Of a stretch of DNA of 41,856 nt, positions 8,612 to 18,854 are shown in pieces. The translations under genes were made by a program, and so were the position numbers. The stretch lies in UHGV virus genome UHGV-0391345. The stretch is one strand, 5' to 3'. The DNA comes from a virus. The notes under the pieces are model-generated. The model ran no database searches and was not told the DNA's origin. It saw only the letters and a list, made by a program, of their open reading frames with translations. Position 1 is the first letter of the stretch; every line of letters starts with the position of its first letter.

Positions 8612-8694
8612 CCGCCAGCACTTTATCCCTGGACGCTGACGGCGAAGAACTGACAGGGAGTAAGAAAGCACGAAGTAAGTAAGGAGGAACCGGC

Positions 8695-9192
8695 ATGGCC
8701 TATGCTGATTATGAGTTTTACACAACAAAATACTACGGCAGCGCCATACCGGATTCTCAATCATTTGATAAAGAAGCAGAACGGGCAAGCGACTTTCTTG
8801 ACATTGTAACTAGAGATAGGTTGGTTTATGGCCTCCCAGACAATGAACGAGCGCAAACCAAAATCAAGAAAGCCGTATGTGCCTTAGCTGATAAGCTGTA
8901 TGGTTTGGAACTGGCAGAAAAACAGGCGCTATCTGCCGCCGCTGGAAGTGATTCTAAGACAGATATCAATGGAAAATCTTCTGGAATTATTATTTCTCGC
9001 AATTCCGGTTCCGAATCAATCAGCTATGCATCCCCGTCTGAAATAGCTAACGGAGCTAAAGCCTGGAGTACTGTATACTCTGCGGCAGGGGATGAACAGG
9101 CAACCAATAAACTTCTGTATGATACTGTAAAGGTGTATCTGATGGGAGTAAGAGATAGCAAAGGGACACCGCTTTTGTTTGCAGGATTGTAG
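8695..9192 (+). CDS. head-tail connector / DNA-packaging (gp6/gp15-like) protein
   Basis: N-terminal YADYEFYTTKYYGSAIPDSQSFDKEAERASDFLD resembles the connector family. Confidence 0.5.
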   Translation: MAYADYEFYTTKYYGSAIPDSQSFDKEAERASDFLDIVTRDRLVYGLPDNERAQTKIKKAVCALADKLYGLELAEKQALSAAAGSDSKTDINGKSSGIIISRNSGSESISYASPSEIANGAKAWSTVYSAAGDEQATNKLLYDTVKVYLMGVRDSKGTPLLFAGL

Positions 9193-9217
9193 TGTGAACA
9201 TAACAGAAAGGACTATT

Positions 9218-9496
9218 ATGAGGTACAGAAAGAAACCTGTAGTAATCGAGGCATTTCAATACGATGGAGATTTAAAAAGTTCTGATGGAAAATATTATGT
9301 ACCGGAATGGGCAGTGTATTCATTTGAGGGAGAACATCCGGTGATGTATTATGATGGACCAGAATTGTATATTTCCACACTCGAAGGTGTTCACCACGTT
9401 TCTGTTGGTGATTATGTCATTCGTGGTGTAAACGGAGAACTGTATCCCTGTAAGCCAGACATTTTTATGAAAACTTATGAGGAGGTAACAGGGTGA
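9218..9496 (+). CDS. hypothetical head-tail module protein
   Basis: 92 aa from the internal ATG. Confidence 0.35.
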   Translation: MRYRKKPVVIEAFQYDGDLKSSDGKYYVPEWAVYSFEGEHPVMYYDGPELYISTLEGVHHVSVGDYVIRGVNGELYPCKPDIFMKTYEEVTG

Positions 9497-9759
9497 TGGA
9501 TATTACGACATTGGGAACATGTGTGGCTATTGTGGCTTTGAGCTATGTGGTTGGCCTTGGATGCAAGGCCGCAAAGAAGATACCGGATGAATGGATTCCG
9601 GTCATTATGGCTGTTGTGGGTGGCATTCTGGGCGCGCTTGGTATGGGGACAATCCCAGATTTCCCGGCATCGGACTATATCACGGCTGTAGCGGTTGGTG
9701 CGGTATCTGGCCTGGCGGCTACAGGGGTTAACCAGATGTATAAGCAGATGAATAAATAA
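9493..9759 (+). CDS. small 3-TM membrane protein (holin-like candidate)
   Basis: 88 aa with three hydrophobic segments and a charged C-terminus (KQMNK). It is embedded in the head-tail module and is not adjacent to the endolysin. Confidence 0.35.
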   Translation: MMDITTLGTCVAIVALSYVVGLGCKAAKKIPDEWIPVIMAVVGGILGALGMGTIPDFPASDYITAVAVGAVSGLAATGVNQMYKQMNK

Positions 9760-9774
9760 TGGAGGGGATACCTT

Positions 9775-10242
9775 ATGTACAATGCCACGGTGACTGTTTT
9801 TAACTATTATGAATCATCCACAACTGGCGTTGGACTTTGGTATCCCCATGTATTATCTGGTGTTGACCTTAATACTGACAAAGGCGCAATACTAAAAAAG
9901 TATGGACCAGATAGCACAGATAATGCAGAGTTACACATAGTCTACGAGTTACAAGACGGTAAACAGATAATCCGTGATGCTGATGGCAAATTATTGCCCT
10001 GGCTCCCTCCGAAGGAGTGGAGGAGACAGGTAAATGATTTGTTGGACGATACCATTACATTTGAGGCTTCGGATGATTGCTTTTTCTGGGAAGGAATATG
10101 GGATGGCGGCCCGGTAAATGATTCTGATTATCGCAGCGGATTTTATGCCTATATGAATAACCAATATGACTTTGTATATTTGGTATCCTCTGTTGGAGGT
10201 CCATACTCTGTGATTCCTCACTTTGAGATATTGGGGAAATAA
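9775..10242 (+). CDS. head-tail joining / head closure-like protein
   Basis: Gene order only. Confidence 0.4.
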   Translation: MYNATVTVFNYYESSTTGVGLWYPHVLSGVDLNTDKGAILKKYGPDSTDNAELHIVYELQDGKQIIRDADGKLLPWLPPKEWRRQVNDLLDDTITFEASDDCFFWEGIWDGGPVNDSDYRSGFYAYMNNQYDFVYLVSSVGGPYSVIPHFEILGK

Positions 10243-10243
10243 T

Positions 10244-10729
10244 ATGGCAAGTAAAATAACACATTTTAAAGGGTTTTCCGTTGTTGACGGTGATATCAAA
10301 ATCAATCTTAATTTGACCCGGTTTGACAAACAATTCCAGCGCGCCCAGTATCAACTTGACGGAAATGTTATGAATAGTATGGTTCCTTTTATGCCGATGG
10401 TCAATGGAACTTTTATTGACGTTACCAGGGAAGCTAGCGCAGCAATACAAGGAACAGGACAAGTATATGCTGCATATGGTTCACAGGGTTATTTTTTGTA
10501 TATGGGTAAGACAATGGTAAGCTCTGTAACTGGTAGTACATGGGCAAAAAAAGGGGAACCACCCAAAGTATTAGTAAGCCAATATGGAGGAAAAACAAAC
10601 GCCAAAGAAAATCTAACATATTCAAGAGCTGGAGCAAAGGCATTATGGTTTGATGCTGCTAAAAAGAAAGATGGTAAATCATGGATAAAGCAAGCCAAGA
10701 AAACGGCTGGAGGTGGAAAGCGTGGATGA
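10244..10729 (+). CDS. minor capsid / tail completion-like protein
   Basis: Gene order. C-terminus is Lys-rich. Confidence 0.4.
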   Translation: MASKITHFKGFSVVDGDIKINLNLTRFDKQFQRAQYQLDGNVMNSMVPFMPMVNGTFIDVTREASAAIQGTGQVYAAYGSQGYFLYMGKTMVSSVTGSTWAKKGEPPKVLVSQYGGKTNAKENLTYSRAGAKALWFDAAKKKDGKSWIKQAKKTAGGGKRG

Positions 10730-11228
10730 TGAACGAAAACCAATAGGAAAAGATGCAAGCGGATATGATGTGCTGACAATCGCTGTAAAGGCCTTGCTTA
10801 ATCAATTTCCCGGTTTGTATGAAAATGAAACCGTTAAGTTTGAAGAATTGAGTGAGGATAGTGGGATTGCATTTTCGGCAGATAATGGAGCCTTAATCTT
10901 TTCTGAGACTGAGGATGTACTAGGTGGAGTGCGCCAGACCTGCCAGTATCCCTTCTATATTATATACCGTACATCCTCCACAAAAGAGCGGCAGAAGATG
11001 AGCATACAGGAATTTCTTGATACGTTCGGGAAGTGGCTATGTCGTGAGCCGGTTGTGATTGATGGGAGTGAGCAGCGATTATCAAATTATCCCACATTAT
11101 CTCAGGGAAGAAAGATAACCAAAGTTACCCGTGATAACTCATACGGACTGGAACCGCAGGAAAGTGGCGTGCAGGACTGGATACTTCCAGTATCTATAGA
11201 ATATAAATATGATTTTGAAAGATGGTAG
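10713..11228 (+). CDS. tail completion-like protein
   Basis: Gene order. The start is ambiguous (GTG 10713 or 10722). Confidence 0.4.
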   Translation: MESVDDERKPIGKDASGYDVLTIAVKALLNQFPGLYENETVKFEELSEDSGIAFSADNGALIFSETEDVLGGVRQTCQYPFYIIYRTSSTKERQKMSIQEFLDTFGKWLCREPVVIDGSEQRLSNYPTLSQGRKITKVTRDNSYGLEPQESGVQDWILPVSIEYKYDFERW

Positions 11229-11246
11229 AGCCAGACGCTAAGACGC

Positions 11247-11277
11247 AGAGCCTTGTGTGATGGCTCTATTTTTATTT
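11247..11277 (+). terminator. terminator/attenuator upstream of the major tail gene (AGAGCC-N9-GGCTCT followed by ATTTTTATTT)
   Basis: Hairpin followed by a T-run. The track's ATG at 11257 lies inside it. Confidence 0.5.
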
Positions 11278-11292
11278 GAAAGGAGAAAAACA

Positions 11293-11820
11293 GTGGCAAC
11301 GTGGACTTATGCCGATGGAGAGGCAAAAAGAAAAGACTTTATGGTCTTTTGGATAACTGATGGAAGCACCACAAATATCACAAAAGATAAACTTGAAATT
11401 ATTGGAAAAGGCGTTGAAGATATGCCGATTTCGATGAATCCAGAGACGGAAGAAAGCCAGGATGTGCTTGGAAATAATAACTATGACATCACCGGCTATG
11501 CAGAAAGCATGACAGTGGACCCAACCAATGTATCTGGAGAAAGTAAATACGCTCAGAAGATAGATACGCTCATGGAAGAAAGGGCAACTCTGTCAGATTT
11601 GAGATTGAAATATCTCTGTGTAAAGCGATACAAAACCGATAGTACCGGAAATATGCGTGCATGGGTGCAGGAGGGTGTTGTTGAGTTGGGAGACTTTGCA
11701 GGAGGCCTGAAAGGTGTTTCTGCAACGCATACGGTGCACTATGTAGGTGATAGGACTCTTGGCGCTGTAAACCCTACAACGATGACTTTTACGGCTGATG
11801 GAGCTTCTTTGTCAGAGTAA
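11293..11820 (+). CDS. major tail protein
   Basis: GTG start 6 nt after GGAG. About 176 aa. Lies immediately upstream of the chaperone pair and the tape measure gene. Confidence 0.5.
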   Translation: MATWTYADGEAKRKDFMVFWITDGSTTNITKDKLEIIGKGVEDMPISMNPETEESQDVLGNNNYDITGYAESMTVDPTNVSGESKYAQKIDTLMEERATLSDLRLKYLCVKRYKTDSTGNMRAWVQEGVVELGDFAGGLKGVSATHTVHYVGDRTLGAVNPTTMTFTADGASLSE

Positions 11821-11833
11821 AGGAGGATAAATT

Positions 11834-12304
11834 ATGCCTAATATTCCAATAAATATTGAAAGCCCAGTTAAATACTACGATTTTACGGACCAGCATGGAG
11901 ATGTGCTGGCAACTTTCAAATTTGTTCCAACCGACCTTGACATATTCAAGCGGCAGCAGAATGTGTATAAAGCATTCGAGGATATGTGGATGGAATTAAA
12001 AACAACTCTTGATAACAAGAAGAAGGAAGAAATGTCGTTAGAGATAATTAATAAATATGCAAAGTCGCTTCAGGAAAAATTTGATTATCTATTTAACGCA
12101 GACACTTCTGGCTTCTTCAAAATCGCCAGTCCATTTACCCCTATGGAAAATGGCGACCCTTGGGCGCTGGTGATACTTGAGAGCGTTAAAAAAATTATAG
12201 AGCAGGAAACGGGTAAAAATTTCACGGAAATGGAAAGTAAAGCCGGGAAATATACACAACAGTATAATGCTGGTCCTGGAAAATATCCATTTCCTGTTAA
12301 ATGA
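11834..12304 (+). CDS. tail assembly chaperone
   Basis: Position between the major tail protein and the tape measure gene. Acidic. Confidence 0.5.
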   Translation: MPNIPINIESPVKYYDFTDQHGDVLATFKFVPTDLDIFKRQQNVYKAFEDMWMELKTTLDNKKKEEMSLEIINKYAKSLQEKFDYLFNADTSGFFKIASPFTPMENGDPWALVILESVKKIIEQETGKNFTEMESKAGKYTQQYNAGPGKYPFPVK

Positions 12305-12858
12305 GTGCAGCGTGGTCCCTCCCATATTCTCTCTCTGTTAATGGGGTAAATTATGAAATTCGTGAGGACTTCCGGGCAATATTAGATATTTTATCAGCCT
12401 TTGCGGATGAAGAATTGTCTGACCCAGAGAAAACACAAGCAATGCTTGAAATTCTTTACTGGCCCGTTATCCCGCCTCCGCAGGATTTAACAGAAGCGGC
12501 AGAAAAAGCATTATGGTTTATCGACTGTGGTGTGGTGCATGAAGATACTCCATCACCGCGCGTAATTGACTGGGAACAGGACGCAGGAATTATTTTCCCG
12601 GCGGTTAACAGGATTGCAGGGTTTGAAACACGCGGATGCCAGATAATCCATTGGTGGACTTTCTACGGATGGTTCATGGAAATTGGGGACGGATTGTTTT
12701 CTCAGGTCCTTTCTATCCGGCAGAAACTGTCAAAAGGGAAGCGCTTAGAAAAGTGGGAGCAGGAGTTTTTACAGAACAATAAAAAGCTATGTGAACTTGA
12801 AAAATCCACTGACAAATCTAAAGAAGAATTTGATTATTTTGCAGAGTTGCTAAAGTGA
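12301..12858 (+). CDS. second tail assembly chaperone-like protein
   Basis: ATGA overlap with the previous gene. Confidence 0.45.
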   Translation: MSAAWSLPYSLSVNGVNYEIREDFRAILDILSAFADEELSDPEKTQAMLEILYWPVIPPPQDLTEAAEKALWFIDCGVVHEDTPSPRVIDWEQDAGIIFPAVNRIAGFETRGCQIIHWWTFYGWFMEIGDGLFSQVLSIRQKLSKGKRLEKWEQEFLQNNKKLCELEKSTDKSKEEFDYFAELLK

Positions 12859-12859
12859 G

Positions 12860-15316
12860 GTGATATCTTTGCAACCTGATGGAACTGTATTAATAGATAC
12901 TAAAATCAAAACGGATGGTGCAAAAACAGGAAGCGAAGATATCAAAAGAACGCTATCCGGCACAATGGATTATATAAAATTGCTACCTCAGGCTTTTAAG
13001 GATATTCCAGGCATTATGAAACATACATTTTCATCTGCTTCTAAATCCATACAAAGTCTTGCTCCAAGTGTACGCAATTTGCAAGATGAGGTGGACCAAT
13101 ATAAAGATGCATTGTATTACGCTGAAAAGGCTGGTTATGGACTTGGCGATGCGCCATATGACAAGGCATTAGCAGGATTGCAGCGGGCTAAAAAAGCAAT
13201 GCAGGATTACAAGAAAAAGTTGCTCGGTGTTGATAATGAACAAAAGAAGGCAAGCAAAAGTGGAAGTAAGCTCAATAAATCATTAAAAGGTACTGAGAAA
13301 GCATCCCGAGGTGCACGAATGGGATTGGGCCGAATGCTTGCAACATCTATCTTATTTAGCACTGTTTTCCGTGCCATTTCCGCAGTAACGGGCGGATTAA
13401 AAGAAGGTATGGATAATCTGGCCCAGTATTCAGATGATACCAATAAAGCGTTATCCATGCTGATGTCCAGTATGACCCAGCTTAAAAACTCTTTTGGCAC
13501 AGCCTTTTCTCCGTTGGTGGAATACGCAGCTCCGGCCCTAGCACAGTTTATCAATTTGCTATCCCAAGCCGTTACCTGGACGGCGCAACTGCTGGCAGCA
13601 TTAACCGGGAAGGATACATTTGTTAAAGCGGTTAAGGTCCAGCAGAATTACGCTGACAGTCTGGACAAAACCAAAGACGAAACAAAAGATGCAGCCAAAG
13701 AAACAGAAAAAGCATTAGCGCCATTTGATAAGCTGATACAGATTACAACGGGAAAGAAAAAAAGTGAAGATAAGAACGAGCTTAAACCTGAGGATATGTT
13801 TGCCACCGAGGAAGTATCCAACGATATTAAGTTGCAGGCCGAAGCGATAAAGAATACGCTTGGGAAACTGTTCGACCCGCTTAAAGAATCATGGCTTGAA
13901 AATGGTCCACAGGTAATGAGTTCATTACAAAATACATTTTCTGCTATTAAGAAGCTTGCAAGTGATGTAGGCGCATCGTTTATGCAGGTGTGGAATGTAG
14001 AGGGATATGGGAAAGCAATCACAGATGATTTACTAATTACTTTTGCAAATCTGGTTGATACAGTTGGTAATCTAGTTACAAACTTTGATAAGGCGTGGGT
14101 ATCTGGAGATACTGGAACAAACATTTTAAGGCATCTTGGGGATATTATTCTTGAGATAACAGGATTTTTCCGTCAGGCATCAGAAAGTTTAAAAGAATGG
14201 TCTGCGGATTTGGATTTTTCACCTTTATTGGAAAGCTTTGACAGAATTTTAATTTCTGTAAAACCTATTGTATCAGATGTTGGAAACTTGCTATTGTGGT
14301 TTCTTAACGATGTACTACTTCCAATTGCAAAATGGGGAGTAGAGCAAGCGTTGCCAACCGTATTTGATTTAATTGCAGCAGCCCTGAAAGCAATACATAG
14401 TGTGATTGATGCACTGAAGCCATTGGGAATATGGTTATGGGAAGAATTTTTACAGCCATTAGGAGAGTGGACCGGAGCAGTTATCATAGCTGCATTAGAA
14501 AAAGTTGTTGAATGGTTGACTAAATTTTCGGATTGGGTAAGTCAAAACCAGACATTGGTGGAAAATATTACACTTGCAGTGCTGGCATTTTTTGCAGCGT
14601 GGAAGTTTTCAGAATTTGTATTGGGAATAGGACAATTAATAAGCAATCTTGGAGGATTTTTAGCAATTGGAGAACGTGTTATTTCACTTTTAGCAAGAAC
14701 TGTATTAAATATAAATCCACTTGTCCTTGCTATATCAGGCATAATATCGCTGATTGCTGTATTGGCCAAAAACTGGAACAACATGTCCCCAACAGAAAAA
14801 GTCATAGCAAGTATACTGGCAGCGGCTTCAGCAGTAGGAATCTTGGCGGTTGCTTTGGGCGCTTTGGCTGGTGGTGTAGGCGCTGGTGTTGTAGCTGCTT
14901 CATTAGCTGCTGGAATAGCTGCTGCTACAATAGCAATTAATGCTGGTAAGCGTGCTGCATCTGCCGGATATTCTGGTGGGTATGGAGGAAGAAGTGCCTA
15001 CCCCATGTCTGCCTATGCAGCAGTCCCATATAAAATGCCAATGCTTGCAACTGGTACAGTAGTGCCACCACGGGCCGGAATGTTTGCTGCTATCCTGGGA
15101 GATAACAACCGTGAAACGGAAGTAGTGTCTCCGCTATCAACTATGAAGCAAGCTCTTAAGGAAGCACTGGCAGAAAGCAATATATCAAGCGGAAACCAGA
15201 TTGCTAAAGCAGAGCTAATACTTGATGGTACAAGATTTGGTCAGCTTGTAGTCAAGTTCGGAAACAACGAAAAGAATCGTGTAGGTGTAAGAATGGTGAC
15301 GGAGGGCAGCGTATAA
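12860..15316 (+). CDS. tail tape measure protein
   Basis: 818 aa. Coiled-coil N-terminus, central hydrophobic/TM segments, and a Gly/Ala-rich region. Confidence 0.85.
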   Translation: MISLQPDGTVLIDTKIKTDGAKTGSEDIKRTLSGTMDYIKLLPQAFKDIPGIMKHTFSSASKSIQSLAPSVRNLQDEVDQYKDALYYAEKAGYGLGDAPYDKALAGLQRAKKAMQDYKKKLLGVDNEQKKASKSGSKLNKSLKGTEKASRGARMGLGRMLATSILFSTVFRAISAVTGGLKEGMDNLAQYSDDTNKALSMLMSSMTQLKNSFGTAFSPLVEYAAPALAQFINLLSQAVTWTAQLLAALTGKDTFVKAVKVQQNYADSLDKTKDETKDAAKETEKALAPFDKLIQITTGKKKSEDKNELKPEDMFATEEVSNDIKLQAEAIKNTLGKLFDPLKESWLENGPQVMSSLQNTFSAIKKLASDVGASFMQVWNVEGYGKAITDDLLITFANLVDTVGNLVTNFDKAWVSGDTGTNILRHLGDIILEITGFFRQASESLKEWSADLDFSPLLESFDRILISVKPIVSDVGNLLLWFLNDVLLPIAKWGVEQALPTVFDLIAAALKAIHSVIDALKPLGIWLWEEFLQPLGEWTGAVIIAALEKVVEWLTKFSDWVSQNQTLVENITLAVLAFFAAWKFSEFVLGIGQLISNLGGFLAIGERVISLLARTVLNINPLVLAISGIISLIAVLAKNWNNMSPTEKVIASILAAASAVGILAVALGALAGGVGAGVVAASLAAGIAAATIAINAGKRAASAGYSGGYGGRSAYPMSAYAAVPYKMPMLATGTVVPPRAGMFAAILGDNNRETEVVSPLSTMKQALKEALAESNISSGNQIAKAELILDGTRFGQLVVKFGNNEKNRVGVRMVTEGSV

Positions 15317-15726
15317 TGGCACAGAATGGGAACGGAGTATTTACCATAGACGGAGTTAATCTCCGCCTATGGGTAAAATCCTTAAAACGGAATTTTTCAG
15401 TCGCAGATAGTGAAAATTCTGGACGTTTGCAGTCTTACCGGATGCACCGGGATATCATTGGTACATTTTATAATTATACGCTTGATATTGATGCGGAAAG
15501 AAGTAATCCGGCTGACTATGATACGTTTTATGAAATCATATCTGCTCCGGTTGAGTCTCACGATATGGTATTTCCTTATGGACAGGAAACCAAAGAGTTT
15601 GAGGCATACATAACAAGCGGGGATGATGAAATAAAAATCAACAAGAATGGAAAAGAAGGGCAGCGTAACCATTGGACCGGGTTATCTATTACCTTTACCG
15701 CTATGGAGCCGCAGAGGAGGCCGTGA
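15316..15726 (+). CDS. distal tail protein-like (small)
   Basis: Position immediately after the tape measure gene. Confidence 0.4.
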   Translation: MAQNGNGVFTIDGVNLRLWVKSLKRNFSVADSENSGRLQSYRMHRDIIGTFYNYTLDIDAERSNPADYDTFYEIISAPVESHDMVFPYGQETKEFEAYITSGDDEIKINKNGKEGQRNHWTGLSITFTAMEPQRRP

Positions 15727-15727
15727 T

Positions 15728-17521
15728 GTGTTTTTAAAGCAATCCATATTATCTGACGCAGAACAGAACACTGAGGGATTAAAGATTGTTTATGACGACT
15801 TGGCCCCTTATGCCAAAGAAAATAGTACAGCATCCATTACAAGGCCTGGATTAAGACCGAGAATAGGGCTTCATCCAGGCCCTGGTTTACATCCGCATGG
15901 GACAATAATAGAGCAGGAATTTCCAGAATTAAAGCGAGATGATATTTCTTATCCCGGATATGCTCTATGCTTTCCACGGTTTTCTCTGCTTAATGGAAAG
16001 TATATCAATTTTCCAGATAATCCACTTCCGTATGGATATATAAGTCCAGAAGTATCAAATGAACAAGGATTGTTCGGATATGTTAAGCAAAGCCAAGGAC
16101 TTAAGCCCCAAATAGGTTTGCATCCAGGAATGTTTTTATATCCTAAATCAACAACTGAAAAGATAATTGAATCCCCCATGCTTACAGTAACCTTTAATCA
16201 AAAATTCACCAGTGTAGGATTGCTCTTTACTTTTAATATGATGTCTGGAGATTATTGTACACGAATGAGAGTAAAGTGGTACTCGGATAATAACCTCTTG
16301 TCAGATATGGAGTTTTCCCCGGATTCAGTCAGATATTTTTGTAATAATTATGTGAGAGGATATAACAAACTGGAAATAACGTTTTTGCAGACATCAAACC
16401 CCATAAGGCCAGTATTTGTTACCAGAATAGATTATGGAATATACCGTGATTTTCTGGACAACGAATTATTAGAAAGAAACTGTTTGCAAGAAATCAATGC
16501 AATATCAGAAAGCATAAGTATTAACACATTGAATTTCACGGTAAGGACAACATCCAATATACCGTTTGATTTACAGAAAAAGCAGAAACTTACTTTATAT
16601 TTCAACGGTGAGCTTATAGGAAATTTTTATCTTAAAAACGGTGCCAGGAAAAACAAAACGGATTACCATATGGACGCGCATGATGCAGTGGGCGTATTGG
16701 ATGGCAATGAATTCGCTGGAGGAATATATACAGGCCAGCCGGTTTCTGAAGTATTAGAGAAAATATTTGAGAATGAAGATTTTAATTATTTGTTGGATGA
16801 ATCATTTTCAGATATTCCGCTTTATGGATACATACCGTATACCACAAAGAGAAACGCATTAGTATACATATGCTTTGCTATTGGAGCTATTGCAGATACA
16901 AGCAATTACGATGGAATTGTTATATATCCGCAAGAAAATGTTTTAAATGGTGAATTTTTGAATGATGAAGTATTTTCTGGCGTTACATTGGAGCATTCTG
17001 ATATTGTCACTGGAATTCGTTTAACAGTCCATTCTTATCAGAAATCAAACGAAACGCAGGAATTGTATAATGATAATTTGAATGGCACGGCAGAAGTTAT
17101 TTTTAGTGAACCTTATCACAGTTTGGAGATAACTGGTGGTACCATTGGTCAGTATGGTGATAACTATGCCTATATAACTGGAACCGGTGGAAATGTAACA
17201 CTAACTGGTAAGAGATATAACCATCTTACCACTTCAATCCTTAAGGAAAATCCAGATATTGTATTTAACAAAAATATTCGCGAAGTAACAGATGCAACAT
17301 TAGTTTATAGCGGAAATGCGCAGCAAGTGCTTGACCGCGTATATGCATATTACCAGCGAGCAGAAAATGTGGTGGGGGATGTGCTTGTTGGAACGAAAAA
17401 ATTAGGACAGAAAGTCAAGATTGATACAGATTACGATGGATACCGCACCGGTATTATTGAGAGCTACAATTACAGCTTTTCTCCCAACGAAATTAAGGCA
17501 GAGGTAAAAATACATGAGTAA
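15728..17521 (+). CDS. tail-associated / baseplate hub protein (Tal-like)
   Basis: About 598 aa from a GTG start 7 nt after GAGGAGG. Position after the Dit-like gene. Confidence 0.45.
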   Translation: MFLKQSILSDAEQNTEGLKIVYDDLAPYAKENSTASITRPGLRPRIGLHPGPGLHPHGTIIEQEFPELKRDDISYPGYALCFPRFSLLNGKYINFPDNPLPYGYISPEVSNEQGLFGYVKQSQGLKPQIGLHPGMFLYPKSTTEKIIESPMLTVTFNQKFTSVGLLFTFNMMSGDYCTRMRVKWYSDNNLLSDMEFSPDSVRYFCNNYVRGYNKLEITFLQTSNPIRPVFVTRIDYGIYRDFLDNELLERNCLQEINAISESISINTLNFTVRTTSNIPFDLQKKQKLTLYFNGELIGNFYLKNGARKNKTDYHMDAHDAVGVLDGNEFAGGIYTGQPVSEVLEKIFENEDFNYLLDESFSDIPLYGYIPYTTKRNALVYICFAIGAIADTSNYDGIVIYPQENVLNGEFLNDEVFSGVTLEHSDIVTGIRLTVHSYQKSNETQELYNDNLNGTAEVIFSEPYHSLEITGGTIGQYGDNYAYITGTGGNVTLTGKRYNHLTTSILKENPDIVFNKNIREVTDATLVYSGNAQQVLDRVYAYYQRAENVVGDVLVGTKKLGQKVKIDTDYDGYRTGIIESYNYSFSPNEIKAEVKIHE

Positions 17522-17951
17522 GTATTTAGAATCTCTTATTTTTGACCGTACGCAGTCAGACATAATAGAATTAACCGACAAGGCTTACATTGATTACAAA
17601 GACCTAAACCGTGTCGAACAGGCAATCAAATGGGTATCTTATGTCCTTAATCAGTACGGATATAGAAATACGATTGTATCTAAGACATGGAAACCGCAGG
17701 ACCATAGGACGGATTACGAAATGGACCGTCTGAGAAAAAATATAGTTGCAATAAGGAATGCATACTATACAGACAGCAACACCCCGCTAACCCCTGATAA
17801 GATAACATACACATCAATTTATCAGGCCAACGCTATAGAAAGAATCATTTATGATTTGGGGAATCTGATTGTAAAATCCTGTCCAGGTCCAAACCATCTT
17901 GCATTCACACTTGGAAGAAAAACATTAGGAAACAGGAGTATAAGCCTATGA
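17514..17951 (+). CDS. tail fibre/collar-like protein (shares an N-terminal DLNRVEQAIK motif with 19767..20315)
   Basis: Motif shared with the downstream fibre gene. Confidence 0.4.
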   Translation: MSKYLESLIFDRTQSDIIELTDKAYIDYKDLNRVEQAIKWVSYVLNQYGYRNTIVSKTWKPQDHRTDYEMDRLRKNIVAIRNAYYTDSNTPLTPDKITYTSIYQANAIERIIYDLGNLIVKSCPGPNHLAFTLGRKTLGNRSISL

Positions 17952-18415
17952 GTTTGAAAACTGATTATAAAAATGATAAATTTTCTGGAATGCGTAAATA
18001 CAAAATTGAAACTGATTCTGAAACCGGACTATCTACATTGGATGATAAAACCGAATATGTGGAGGTAGGGGACATATTCTCTGCTGATGATATCAATGAT
18101 ACAAATAAGGCCATTAACAAGATAGAAGGAACAGTTAATGATATGATTGGGGCAATCAGGCTCGATTTCCCTAAAACTGGGTGGAGCACCCAGGCACCAT
18201 ATAAACAGACTGTAAACAATGCGGGTATAAATGATACGGATGTCCCAGTGCCAATGTTCGAGTATCCTGTCATTAATTCGGAACAGCAACAGAAAGACGT
18301 GGACAGAAGCGTGGGGTATATCACCGACATAACAACGAATAATGGATCAGTGACCATTACATGTAATTATAGGAAACCAACAGCAGATTTCATACTTGTA
18401 TTGAAAGGAATATGA
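17948..18415 (+). CDS. hypothetical tail/baseplate protein
   Basis: Overlapping start and stop within the tail operon. Confidence 0.4.
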   Translation: MSLKTDYKNDKFSGMRKYKIETDSETGLSTLDDKTEYVEVGDIFSADDINDTNKAINKIEGTVNDMIGAIRLDFPKTGWSTQAPYKQTVNNAGINDTDVPVPMFEYPVINSEQQQKDVDRSVGYITDITTNNGSVTITCNYRKPTADFILVLKGI

Positions 18416-18837
18416 CAATGAGAATCGGATTACCGTTTAAAGGAAGTGGGGTTGATGTGACCGGCCTAACCGCTACATCACCAAGAGTCAGAAAAGGAAA
18501 AACATTTTATGGAGCTGGGACTGATAATGAACAGTCTGGGACAATGCAAGATGTTGAATCGATTAATAAAAAGATGGACGTAAATGAAACATATAATATT
18601 ACGCCTGGATACCATGATGGAAATGATACATTCTTCCAAAACCTTGAAACATACAGAGGTGGATTTGTTGACCCTGGTCCTGGTAAACAGGTGATTGAAA
18701 CAAAAGGAAAATACGTAATGTATGATATTATTGTATTGGAAGTAAGCGGATTGCGACCGGAAGTGATAAAATATGGCGTGACTGTTGGTGAAGGTGAAGG
18801 GGCGGTAACTGGTACATGGCAGGGTTTTGTAAGTTAG
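18412..18837 (+). CDS. receptor-binding/baseplate protein paralogue (short form)
   Basis: Clearly homologous to the N-terminal about 130 aa of the next gene (shared LTA.P...PG..G....PGPG...KYG...L.PEVIK.G). Confidence 0.45.
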   Translation: MTMRIGLPFKGSGVDVTGLTATSPRVRKGKTFYGAGTDNEQSGTMQDVESINKKMDVNETYNITPGYHDGNDTFFQNLETYRGGFVDPGPGKQVIETKGKYVMYDIIVLEVSGLRPEVIKYGVTVGEGEGAVTGTWQGFVS

Positions 18838-18854
18838 TGGAATGGATGGTGTAT

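Noticed and set aside
12280-12310. Possible programmed -1 frameshift between the two tail-chaperone ORFs
   Set aside because: There is no X_XXY_YYZ slippery heptamer near the end of the first ORF. The second ORF has its own ATG overlapping the stop (ATGA), so independent initiation is simpler.
13207-14805. Minus-strand ORFs inside the tape measure gene
   Set aside because: Antisense shadows of an 818-aa gene with a coherent domain structure.
15640-15730. Fusion or frameshift joining 15316..15726 with the 15647 ORF
   Set aside because: A GAGGAGG RBS followed 7 nt later by a GTG at 15728 gives a clean independent start right after the upstream stop. The upstream part of the 15647 ORF is just the overlapping alternate frame.
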